From Stegostoma tigrinum (taxonomy: Eukaryota): a stretch of DNA of 64,000 nt. Location of the stretch: the NCBI RefSeq assembly GCF_030684315.1, contig NC_081387.1:25538647-25602646 (forward strand), read 5' to 3'. Of this stretch, positions 13,200 to 24,756 are shown piece by piece. Made by a program: the position numbers and the translations under genes. Numbering within the stretch: position 1 is the stretch's first letter; the number at the start of each line of letters is the position of its first letter. Under the pieces are notes generated by a model. It made no database searches. It saw only the letters and a program-made list of their open reading frames with translations, and had not been told where the DNA came from.

Positions 13200-14545
13200 A
13201 ACCAGAAATAGCACGAACTGCTGATGCTGGAGTCAGAGAAAACACATTGTGGAGCTGGAGGAATACAGCATGCTAAGCAGCATCAGAAGAACAGGAAAGC
13301 TGATGTTTTGGGTTGGTAGCCTTGCGAGTTTTGAGAAGATTTGTAGCTCAGGTTGAGGTTCTGGATGTGAGTTTGCTCGTTGAGCTGGAAGATTAGTTTT
13401 CAGACGTTTCATCACCATTCTCGGCAACATCATCAGTGAGCCTCCGATGAAGCGCTGGTGTTATGTCCCGCTTTCTATTTATCTGTTTAGGTTTCCTTGG
13501 GTTAGTGATGTCATTTACTGTGTTGGTGATGTCATTTGGGAGCCTTCTTCAGAAATGGAGGAGGGAGATGGGAGCTCTGAAATAAATAGAGAGGAGGGGT
13601 GGGTCTGGGGAAGGTGGGTGGGATAGTGATTGGTGAGTGCAGTCGGATAATGGTGGGGATTGGTCCGTGAGGTGGTAGGAGCAGATAGGTGGAAGAGAAG
13701 ATGGAGAGGTTGTGTTAGGTCAAGGAGGCGGGGATGAGAGGGAGGTTGGTCATGAGATGAGACAATGGTTGTGGTCAGTGCTGGGGTGGGGGGTGGATTT
13801 TGGAACTAGTAAAGTCCACATTGAGACCATTGGGCTGTAGGCTCCCAAGGTGGAATATGAGGTGCTGCTCCTCCAGTTTCCCGGTGGCGTTGTTGTAAAA
13901 CTGGAGGAGGCCCAGGATGGACATGTCATCCAGGGAGTCGGAGGGGGAGTTGCGTGACTGGAAGGTGTTGTTGCTTATCATGCAATTGTAAGGTGTTCCA
14001 CCCCTGACTTCATCCCATGACCACCCTCCCACTCATCCCAACCTCCTTGACCTGACACAACCTGTCCATTTTCTCTTCCACCTATCCGCTCCTCCCACCT
14101 GACAAATCCCCACCACTGCCTACCTACACTCACCTATCACCATCCCACCTACCTTCCCAGCCCAACCTGTCCTCTCTCTCTATTTATTTCAGGACATCCT
14201 TTGGCCTCCCCAATTTCTGAAGAAGGTTCTCGCCCTGAAAAAAGGACTAACAAGGCAGAGAGTTGGATGAAGAACAGCAGGCCAAGCAGCGTCAGAGGAG
14301 AAGGAAAGCTGATGTTTTGGGCCTAGACCCTTCTTTTGAAGAAGGGTCTAAGCCCGAAACATTAGCTTTCCTTCTCTTCTGATGCTGCTTGGCTTGCGGT
14401 GTTCATCCAGCTCCCCACCTTGTTATCTCAGATTCTCCAGTGCCTGTAGTTGCTATTATCTCCCGATCTGAAAAGGGAGCTTTCCTGCTCCTCTGATGCT
14501 GCCTGGCCTGCCTTATTCCTCCAACTCCACACTGTGTTATCTCTT
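13200..14545. mobile_element. Composite of nested Penelope-like element fragments and inverted pseudo-LTRs
   Basis: Minus ORF 13775-14032 has the GIY-YIG C-terminal motif KLEEQHLIFHLGSLQPNGLNVDF. pLTR sequences occur in both orientations. An intact hammerhead core lies on minus at 13400-13439 (CUGAUGA..GAAACGUC). Confidence 0.8.
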
Positions 14546-15009
14546 ATTTGTGAACCAGATGGGTTTTTGCAACAATCAACAGCCATTGTTAAATTCTATT
14601 TTTCACTATTTGCATTAAACATTTAACCCTAACCCAAACACTGGAGTTTGGAATCGCTGTGCGATGATATACCACTGCCTTACTATTGGGCATGGGTTTG
14701 GAAAGTGCTGTTTAAAGACCCTTCGTGAATTTCTGCAATGTATTTTGTAGATGGTCCACACTGTGGCTGAGCATTGGTGATGCAGGGAGTGGATACTTGT
14801 GGATATATGCCAAACAAGCAGGCTGCTTTGTCCTGCATGGTGTCACGCTTCTTGAGAGTTATTGGAACTGTAATTCCAGTGGGAGGAGTTTGGAGGGAGG
14901 GACAATGAGAGACCGGAAGAAATATGTTCAGCCAGAATTGGCAACTTTCTCCCCAGTTGATTTGTGTTGTTTCAGACAGTTTGTGTTGATCTTACACAGC
15001 AAATTCTGC

Positions 15010-15335
15010 AAAAAGAAGAGAGGAGATACAGCCGAGAGGCGGAGAGGTGGGAAAGAGGGAGAGAAAGCAAACCCGAGAAGAGGAGAGGTGGGAAAGAGGG
15101 AGAGTGGTGTCGAGAAGGGGAGAGGGGGTAAAGGCTGGGAGGGGGCAGTGGTGGTAGGGAAGAGGAGAGGTGGGGTATAGGGGAGAGGGGAAGGAAGGGA
15201 ATAGAGAGGAGGAGAGATAGTGGGGATAAAGCCTAAAAAGGAAGAGGGGGTAAAGCCTGACGGGGAGAGGTGGGGGAGAGGGGAATAGAGGGAGAGGGCG
15301 GGAGAAGAGGTGGCGAAGAGGAGCGGAGCTGGGGG
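15010..15335 (+). repeat. Purine-rich (GA/GGA) low-complexity tract directly upstream of the TRIM-A ATG
   Basis: About 320 nt that is mostly G/A, with many G3-G5 runs. Confidence 0.85.
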
Positions 15336-15386
15336 TGCTCACTCAGAGAGAGCTGTTTGCGGGCAGGGAACCCCTGAGGCCGGGAG

Positions 15387-18300
15387 ATGGCATCAAAAGA
15401 GCAGGCGGAGGGCCTGAGCAAGTACCTGCGGTGTGGCCTGTGCCAGGAGCTGTTCCAGCAGCCGGTCATCCTGGAGTGCGGACACAACTTCTGCCGGGGC
15501 TGCATCCAGAGCGAGTGGCAGAAAGGAGAAGGGGGCGGTTGCTGCCCTGAGTGTCTAACCCTGTCCCGGGGCAGCAGCGTCAAACTGAACAGGGCCCTGG
15601 CCAACCTGGCCGACAAGCTGAGGAACCTGAAGCCGTCCCTGGAGCTCGCTCCGTGGGCGGAGAGTCCGGCAGGAGAGGGTGGGCTCGGGCTGTATTGCAG
15701 CGAGCACCGAGAGGAACTCAAACTGTTCTGTGAGACTGACCGACAGCTGATCTGTGTGATGTGCCTGGATGGCAGAGGGGGTCACAGTCACAAGTACCAC
15801 GACTTCATGCTCATCCATGAAGCTGTCGTCAAATACAAGGTAAAGGAAAGTTAAATAAAAGCGGCTTCTAAACACAGTGAGCGCGATTTTAACTCCGGGC
15901 GCAGTCGGATTTCTCGCCGAATTGATGTCTTTCTGAGGGAGAGGGCCATTCAATCTCGCCCACATTTACCTTACTCTAATTGGTGTATTCGGATCGCCCC
16001 CACCCCCCACCACCAACTCCGCCATTACCTTGAATTGAAGTGCAGAGGGTAGTGTCCCCTGCCCCTGTGCCAGGAGCTCCTGGTTCGAGTCCGGCTCCTG
16101 GACTTGATGCCCAAGGAAGCTGTTATCACCACACCGTTCCCAGCGGGTTGTTTATGTTTTACTATATCGTGTGGCACCGTGGTAGTGTCCACAATTTTAG
16201 GCCAGGAGGCCGAGTTTACATCCCACCTGCTCCAAAGGTGCATCATAACGTCCCTTGGTGATGGTCACTTTGTAAATCGTTCTACCACTGTGTCAGCCTT
16301 GGGGAGGTGCAAGGAAGTGAGATTCCTGGTGGACCAGGGTGGACAGGATGGGAAGAATCCAGCACTGTCTCCCCCTATCCCCTGATCTTTACCCAGAGCC
16401 AGTCTGTATAGTGCCTGTGAAAGTGTAAATCACTCTGACCACTGAGAATTGCCATTACATTGAGCTTGGGTCAAGAGTTCGATGCTTTGAGCCTAATCCA
16501 CTGTTCAGTAAGATCATGGCTAATCTGATTTTAACCTTAATTCCATGCTCCTCCCTACTCCTCCACACCCACTCCCCACCAAAATAATCTTTCGTCCCCA
16601 CCACCCTGCCCATGATATCAGCTTGCTTCTCCCCTCTGACCCCATCCCACACAAATAAACATTTCTTCAAACGAGACTGTTTTCACCTTCTTTTGAGAGA
16701 AGGGTGAGCCGGGATCTGTTTGAAGTGTGTAGGATTATGAGACAACGGACAGGGTGGATAGAAGGCATCTGCTCCTCTTAGCAGGACGTTAAATAGCTTT
16801 ATAAGGTGAAAGGTGGGAGATTTATAGGTGATTTGAAGGAAAATGCTTTCAGCCAGAGGGTTGGGGTTGGGGTGGGGGGGTATTTGGTCTGGAATGCACT
16901 GCCATGGCAGTGAGAAACCTAACCATCTTTAAAAACTATTTGGATGTACTTTTTTAATGACATGACATTGAAGACTACAGGCCTGGAAGATGGGAATATT
17001 TTGCCTAGGTTGGTACATGTTCGATAGGTCGTTTCTGTACTTTGTGACATTATGTCTCTATCACCCTAGGAAAGACTGAAGACATCCCTGGACAAGCTGA
17101 GACAGAAGATCATGGTCCTTGAAGCAAAGTTGAAAGAGAAGCAGAGTATTTCAGAAATCGGAGTAAGTTACTTGTTGCTGCACCCTCTGTCTGACCTCCC
17201 ACTCTATAACCTAGTGTCCCGCAGCTGCACTCCAACTGCCTTGTTGTGTTGCTCTGTTCCCGCAGGAGAAATCAGTCAGTCTGCAGAACCTTATCTCATC
17301 CGAATTTGCTAAAATGCACCAGTTCCTCAACAGAAAAGAAGACAGTTTGATTCGAGAGCTGAAGGACCATGAAGACAACCTTTCAGGAGCAATGGAAAAG
17401 AACCTTCAAGAGATAAAAGGGCATTTAGATTCTGTTCGGCGGAAACTATCACGATTACACACAAAAATGGACCAGCAAGCATCAATCAACTTCTTGGAGG
17501 TACCAGGGTATCATATGGAGTGGGGAAACATTTGTTTTTATCTGTAAGGTTTAAAAATTATAACAGCTTCAAAAATACTCAATGGAATGAATATTTGTGA
17601 TTTTGCTTGTGTAGCAGACAGAAACAAGTTCTTTGTTTGTTAAATGCACTGCCTGAGAGTGGTGGAGACAGCAGCTTCAGGTGAGGCATTCAGAATGGAA
17701 TTAGACTGAAAAGGAAGATTGCGCAGGCTTACAGGAGAAGGCAGGGGGATGTTTGCTTAGACAGCCGGCTGAAAGGCCTCTTTCTGCCCCTTCACAATTC
17801 AGTGGTGAATACAATTCATGATAAAAACACAACAAGTTGCCAAAAAAAGGTGTGAAACAGGAACCTGTTAAAGTAGAATTCCTCAAACTGTTTTATAATT
17901 TCCCCAATGGGTTTTGAGTCTATCTGGCTCTCAAACATCAGTCATCAATAGACAATAGACAATAGGTGCTGGAGTAGGCCATTCGGCCCTTCGAGCCAGC
18001 ACCACCATTCATTATGATCATGGCTGATCATCCACAATCAGTATCCTCTTCCTGCCTTATCTCCATAACCCTTGATTCCACTATCTTTAAGAGCTCTATC
18101 TATCTCTTTCTTGAAAGTATCCAGAGAGTTGGCCTCCACTGCCTTCTGGGGCAGAGCATTCCATATATCCACCACTCTCTGGGTGAAAAAGTTTTTCCTC
18201 AACTCTGTTCTAAGTGGCCTACCCCTTATTTTTAAACTGTGTCCGCTGGTTCAATTGCTAGTCAATACAATTCTCTCTAAACATCTCTCTGCAGTGCCCA

Positions 18301-21300
18301 GTTTGTTATAGTTGTAACTTGCAGTGCCAAACTCATTATTTCAACAATCTGTTTAGGGATTTTGGGTCACTCCTCTGGAGCAAGTGGGACTTGAATGCTG
18401 GTCTCCCTGACAAGGGGTATGGACACTTCCACTGTGCCCCAAGAACCCTCAGGGTCTTTATATAATCCTGTGCTACCTCCCACCTGAGCCTCGCTGAGAT
18501 TATGAATAGTGGGTTGGAGCTAATTTCCCAGCTGAGAAAAGGCTGATAGAGGATGGACAGGAATATGGAGTGAAGATTGCAGTTAGATTAGCTGTGATTT
18601 TACTGAACAGTGCAGTAGCCTTGAAAGGCTGAATGTAATACAGGAGAATGGGTGGGAGACTGGCTTCATACCCTGTACAACTTTAGAATTCTCTGAGTAG
18701 AATGAGAAACAAGTCTTGCACACTGTTGTCTGATTGATGGGCAAGTATAAGATTGCTCCCATGGTCAGGAGGCGATGGCCTCATGGTATTATCATGGGAC
18801 TGTTAATCCAGAGACCCAGGTGATGTTTTGGGGACCTGCTTTTGGATCCCACCACAGTAGATGGTTGAATTTGAATACACTAAAAAATGTCTAGAGTTTA
18901 GAATCTAATGATGACCATGAATCCAATGTCAATTGTTGGAAAAATCCATCTGGTTCAGTAACGTCATTTAGGGAAGGAAACTGCCATCCTTACCTTGCCC
19001 GGTCTACATGTGACTCCAGACCCTCAGCAATGTCGTTGACTGGTAACTGTCCCCGGGGCAAATAGGGACAGGCAATAAATGCTGACCTAGCCAGCATGAC
19101 CCGTATCCCATGAATCAATAAAAAAAAGTTGCGTGACCACTGCAAACTTCTGTCTATGCACAGCACTGATCTGATGACAAAATGACAGTGTTGAGATAGA
19201 GTTGAGGCGTGGGGTTGGGTTGGGGTGGGGGTTGGGGGTGGGGGAGCGGGGAGAGGTGGAAGGGAGAGGGGAGAGTGGAATTGCTGGATCTAAAACTAAG
19301 CATTTGTGTGCCATTTCAGAGACCCAGTAATGAACCCATGCGCACATACTGTCAGGATGTGCTAGCACTAACTGACCCTGGAAAGATGTTAATCAGGATA
19401 AAATAAAGAGGCCAGAAAAATGGTTGGAGCAGATTAATGAATGAAAAAGTCACGCATTCTTGTGCCAAAGGAAGTTCTGAGATCCACGTCACTTCCTCAG
19501 TGAGGTTATCCTTGTGCCATAGGAACAGGAGAAAGCTACTCATCCTGATACCTGCTGTGCCACTCAAATAGAATGTGTTAATTGGTATCTTAACTCTGGC
19601 TACTCAACATAGCTCCATGCTGCCTGGTACTCTCTCCAACAAAATTCTGTCATCTCATCTTGAAAGATCCAATTGGATCTGTAGCATGTTGGTAGAGAGA
19701 ATTTCTGAATCTGATATAAATTATACGTGGGAAGTATTTGTATCGTTCACGTTTAGATCTCTTTTAATGATGTAATTGCATCTCAGCTGCTTTGATGTTG
19801 TGTTGTGGGATTCTACTTCCTACTGTCTCTATTTGGTTCTGTCCTGACACTCTCATGAGTACTGTACAATGCCCAGCTGAGATACCTCTTCTGTTTTATA
19901 TTTAGGAAGAAGCTTGGGGACAAAAGAGGTATGGGAAATTCCTCACATAACCTTTCTTTATCAAGCAAAAATAAGACGAATAGTGTTTAAGGTCACTCTG
20001 TAATGCCAATTATTACATTTCTATTGTTAGTGAAGACAGTCACCGTATATTAACCAGTGAAAATCAGCATCTGGGACTGTTCAAAGGACCATTACAGTAC
20101 ACAGTTTGGAGAGAAATGATTAATGTTATCTGCCCGGGTAAGAGGATCTTCTTGAACTTGAGAAGGAAAGAGACTTAAAATATTAACTGTTATTATGATG
20201 CACATGTTGTTATGCAAAGATCAGACATTGTTGCTTCTTCAGTGTTGGACAACTTCCTCATATATGTTCATCAGATTTATTTTAGACTGTCATCCTAATT
20301 CCACTCTTTGTTGAAACTGCTGGACACAGCAACTAGTGTTGTAGAACAGAGAGACCTAGTGGTTCAAGTACACAACTTTTAAAAGTTTGCATCACACATA
20401 AATAGGGTGGTTGAGAAGGCATTTAGCATGCTTGCCTTCATTTCTCAGTCCTTTGAATACTGGAGTTGGGATGTTGCATTGAGGTTGTATTGGGCTTTGG
20501 TGAGGCCTCTTCTAGAATACTGTGGTGGGCTTGTGGAATTCATTGCCACGGAGTGCAGTGGAGGTCGGGACGTTGGTTGCCTTCAAGGCAGAGATCGACA
20601 AATTCTTGATCTCACAAGGAATCAAGGCCTACGGGGAGAGTGCAGGGAAGTGGAGTTGAAATGCCCATCAGCCATGATTAAAATGGCGGAGTGCACTTGA
20701 TTGGCCAAATGGCCTTACTTCCACTCCTATGCCTTATGGTCTTATGGTCCAGTTCTGGTGTCCCTGTTATAGGAAGGATATTATTAAGCTGGACAGGGTT
20801 CAGAAGACATTTACCAGGATGTTGCTGGGAATGGAGGCTTTGAGTTAGAAGGAGAGGCTGGATAGTTTGGGACTATTTTCACTGAAGCTTAGGAGGTTGA
20901 GAGGTGACCTTATAGAAGTTTATAAAATAATGAGGGGTATAGGTAAGGTGAATAGTAGGTGTCTTTTCCATAGGGTAGAGTATTTCAAAATTTGGGGGCA
21001 CATTTTTAAGGTGAGAGGAGAAAGATTTTAGAAAGGCCTGGGGGCAGTTGTTTTATAGAAAGAATAGTTTGTATGTGGAATGTACTTCCAGAGGAAGTGG
21101 TGGATGCAGGTACAGCTACAATGTTTAAAAGGCATTTGGATAAGTACATGAATATGAAAAGTTTGGAGGAATATGGGTCAAGTGCAGGCAGGTGGGACTA
21201 GTTTAGTTTGGGATTATGGTCGGCATGGACTGGTAGGACTGAAGGGCCTGTTTCCTTGCTGCATGACCCTATGTCTCAATAACTAAGAATCAGTTGATTC

Positions 21301-24300
21301 TGTAACATGCCACTGGACCGCAAGTTATAAATCTCCATCTTGTTTTGATGACAATGGAATGCTACTGACGGTCTGTTTCTTTCTCATATCATTGTGCTCA
21401 CCCTCAAGGTTATACAATAGTTCATTTGTTGAATAGAAAGAACGTGTTTTTTTTTGTCTTCATTGTAGCAGATACACCGAGTTTGAGAATTACAGTTCTT
21501 CAATAACAGCCTGTCCTCCAAACTGAATAACCGATAAAAATGATTAAAAATAAACATTGTAGTCTCGCTGAACGCAATGTGCTTAAGATGTAGCAGTAAC
21601 CAAGATGAGTGTCCATGAAGCACTTTTTTAGCTCATTCCGTCTCACGATAAACATTGATTTGCTGCTCCTTCCAGTTACATAGATGCACTAACAGTTTGT
21701 CCTTGCATTAATCAAGTTGATAACATTTGCTCAATGTTTTCTCGCTATGTTCTCAAGGTAATATTAACATTGCCTGGGTTCTCAGAGTGTGAGCTGGGCC
21801 TCTGTGTTGTACTGGGTGGAGAAAAATTTACAAGCAGAAACTCCTCCAAAACACTTGGAGGAGAAATCAGTTAATGCCCTGTTAGGTTGAGGACTTGTGG
21901 AGAATTGGGAGTCTGTTTTATGTCATGTTCAATGTTATTTTCCAAGGCAGATGAAATTGGACTTTAAGGAAGAGTAAAATCATGTCAGTTGTCATTTTCG
22001 GACACATGCCTGATATTTAAATCTGCTGAATTTAGCAAGGCGAAATATCAGGTGGTGACCATAATAGATGATGGAGTGTGTGTAATTCTGGAGCTCTTAT
22101 AGTTTCACTGGTAGCATCCTAAACAGTTTTATTAACAATATCCAGAATAAAATAGGCTTGGAATATGGCAGCAGCCAGTTTTTTACCCCTTCCTCCCCAT
22201 TTGTACTTTCCATGAAAGACAGTGGCATAATGGATAAAATGGGCTGGCAGGTCCCTGTCCCTATAGCCTGGCTGTAAAACTTATCCCAGTCCCTCTTAAT
22301 CTTCACATCAGAGTTTACTCTTATTAGCGACTCCCAATCAGTGGAAATGTTTCCCCATTGACCCAATGAAAACCTTCCCAAATCTTTAATAGAAACAGTC
22401 TCCCATAACATTCCTTGATACATCTCTGAGAATTAGGAAACATAGAAAATGGGATCAGGTTGAGGCAATTTGGCCCTTTGAGCCTGCTCTGCCACTTACT
22501 ATGTTCGTGGCTGATCATGCAACTTAACAGCCTGTTCCTGCTTCCCCCCCCCGCCCCATATCGTTTGATCCTCATGTGCTTGAAACGACTCCACAGCAGC
22601 CGGTATCCCATCACAAAATCCTCCTTTATTTGCACATGGAGCATTTTTGACACTGATTCAGATCCCTTAGAATCAGCTGTCAGAGTGACCAGGATGACTG
22701 ACACCCCTGTTTATATCTGTCAGCCAGTGCTCCCGATTGGACCAAGTTAACAGCCCTAATTAGGGAAATCATATTTTAAGAGGTTCACCTGGCTGACCTT
22801 ATTCTAATCATTGCATGCTATTCCCAACTGCTTCTTGAAATCATACAATGTTTTGACCTTGACTGCTTTCTGTGGTAGTGAATTCAATAAGCTCACCACT
22901 CTCGTGAAGACGTTTCTCATCTCAGTCATAAAGTCTGAATCCTTAGATTGTGACCCCTGGTACTAAATTTATCTGCCATCATTCACTGATCTACCATTGT
23001 CTGGCCCAGTTAACATTTTATATGTTTCCATGAGATCTCCCTTCATTTTTCTGAACTCCAATAAATATAATCCTAAATGAGTTAACCTCTCTTCCTATGT
23101 CACTCCCAGGAACCTGATAAACCTTTGCTTCATTTCCTGCATTGCCAGAACATCCTTCCCCAAATAAGGTGACAAAAATGCACGTCATATTCCAAGTGTG
23201 AACAAAAACAAAGTTGCTGGAAAAGCTCAGCAGGTCAGGCAGCATCTGTGGAAGAGAAAATAGAGTTAACGTTTTGGGTCCGGTGACCCTTCCTCAGAAC
23301 TCCTGATTTACAGCATCCGCAGTTCTTTTGGTTTTTATATTCCAAGTGTGGTCTCACCAAGGCTCTGTATGACTGCAGCATGATATCCTAGCTACTGAAA
23401 GACATCTCTGCTCTCCTTAAAGAATTTCCAATCTGTGAAGCCACTATACATTCCCTTTAGGGATAATTTCCAGTCTTGACGATTGGAGAGATATTTAGAC
23501 CAAAGTTTTTTTTTTCAAAGAATTATCGTATGGTACAAAAGAGGCCCTTTTGGCCTCTTGGCTCTACATCAACAGAAAACTGCTCTAGATATGCACCCAC
23601 TTTCTGACTCTTGGCCTATAGCTTTGAATTTTGTGATGTTTCAAGAGCTCATTCAAGAATTTTTGAGAAATTTTTGATAATGTTTTGACATCTCTACTAC
23701 ATTTCCAGTGCATCCCAGGCCCCTATCCCTCTCTGTGTGAAAGTTTCTTAAGCTATCAGTCACTAAGGACTATTGATAGGTGATAGCTGTTCTGTGAATA
23801 AATAATTAAGATGTTCTTCCCTTTATGCCTCTCTGTCTTGCAGTTCCAACCTGTTTGACTTTGGATCCTAACACAGCACATTCCTGGCTCATCCTGTCTG
23901 ATGACCTGACCAGCGTAAGATATGGAGACAAGGGGCAGTCTCTCCCTGAGACACCCGAGAGGTTTTACCCCTGTGTGTGTGTTCTGGCGTCAGAGGGATT
24001 CACATCTGGCAAACACTACTGGGAGGTTGAGGTGGGAAACAGTGCTGAGTGGGATCTCGGAGTGGTGACGGAATCCATCAACAGGAAAGGAGATATCACG
24101 GCCATGCCAGAGGCTGGTTACTGGATCGTGTGGCTGAGAAGGAGTGAGTATAAAGCTGGCACATTGCCACGTACCCTCCTGACCGTGGGCATCAAGCCCC
24201 GGAAGATCGGGGTCTACCTGGACTACGAGGAGGGGCAAGTGTCATTTTACAATGCTGACAACATGTTGCACCTCCACACCTTCAGCGATATCTTCACAGA

Positions 24301-24394
24301 GAAACTTTACCCTTTCTTCAGTCCTTGCTTGAGTGGTCATGGGGAGAACACAGAACCACTCAAAATCTGCTCCATGAAAGGTCATTGTCTGTGA
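15387..24394 (+). CDS. TRIM E3 ligase with RING, B-box2, coiled-coil and PRY-SPRY/B30.2 (TRIM39/TRIM69/nuclear factor 7/A33-like), 486 aa, 'TRIM-A'
   Basis: Exons 15387-15839, 17070-17162, 17266-17499, 19906-19928, 20031-20137 and 23844-24394 are all GT-AG, with phases 0,0,0,2,1 typical of class IV TRIMs. They sum to 1461 nt in an open frame. Motifs: RING CGLC..CGHNFC..C..CPEC; B-box CSEH..FCETD..ICVMC..H..H; B30.2 [32 protein letters not shown]. Confidence 0.93.
18770..19125 (+). mobile_element. Shark SINE (SacSINE1/DeuSINE-like)
   Basis: tRNA-like head, the conserved ggaaactgccatccttacc..tacatgtgactccagaccc core and an A-tail. A related decayed copy lies at ~29850-30250. Confidence 0.6.
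20330..21280 (+). mobile_element. CR1 LINE 3' part with a second CR1 tail nested at ~20525-20746
   Basis: The RT reading LVRPLLEYC | VQFW is split by a different CR1 3' end that terminates in cttatggtcttatg. Confidence 0.85.
23201..23336. mobile_element. 136-bp PLE pseudo-LTR-derived insertion with a 14-bp TSD and a mutated hammerhead
   Basis: TSD atattccaagtgtg at 23187-23200 and 23337-23350; hammerhead on minus at 23263-23302. Confidence 0.85.
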
Positions 24395-24756
24395 ACTTTC
24401 CTTGCAATTCTTTTCTTTCTGTAAATAGACGGTCACTGTTTCTAATACTGGCTTTTTTGTCTTTCTTAATTTCAGATTTATTTCATTAACTGAATTTAAG
24501 TTTCTCCCAACTGCCTGTGGTGAGATTTGAACAGATCTCTCTGGGTTATTGGTCCGGAACCTCTTAGTTACTAATCCGGTATCAGAGCCGCTACCATGCC
24601 CTTTGCTGAGCCAGATGTGAATCCCAGAACACTTTGAAGAACATGTTTACCTTCCTTGCTGATTTCTGGCTCGGTGTCCTTTCCCTTTTTTGCCTGTCAC
24701 TGGGGACTTGTTAAAATCAAACTTTGAAGTTGGAAGTTAAAAGCTTGAGGAACCAA

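Noticed and set aside
15061-15075. GAAAGCAAAC as an interferon-stimulated response element
   Set aside because: It mismatches GAAANNGAAA and sits in a low-complexity purine tract where chance matches are expected.
24380-24394. TRIM-A C-terminus GHCL as a prenylation signal
   Set aside because: The Cys is at -2, so this is not a CaaX motif.
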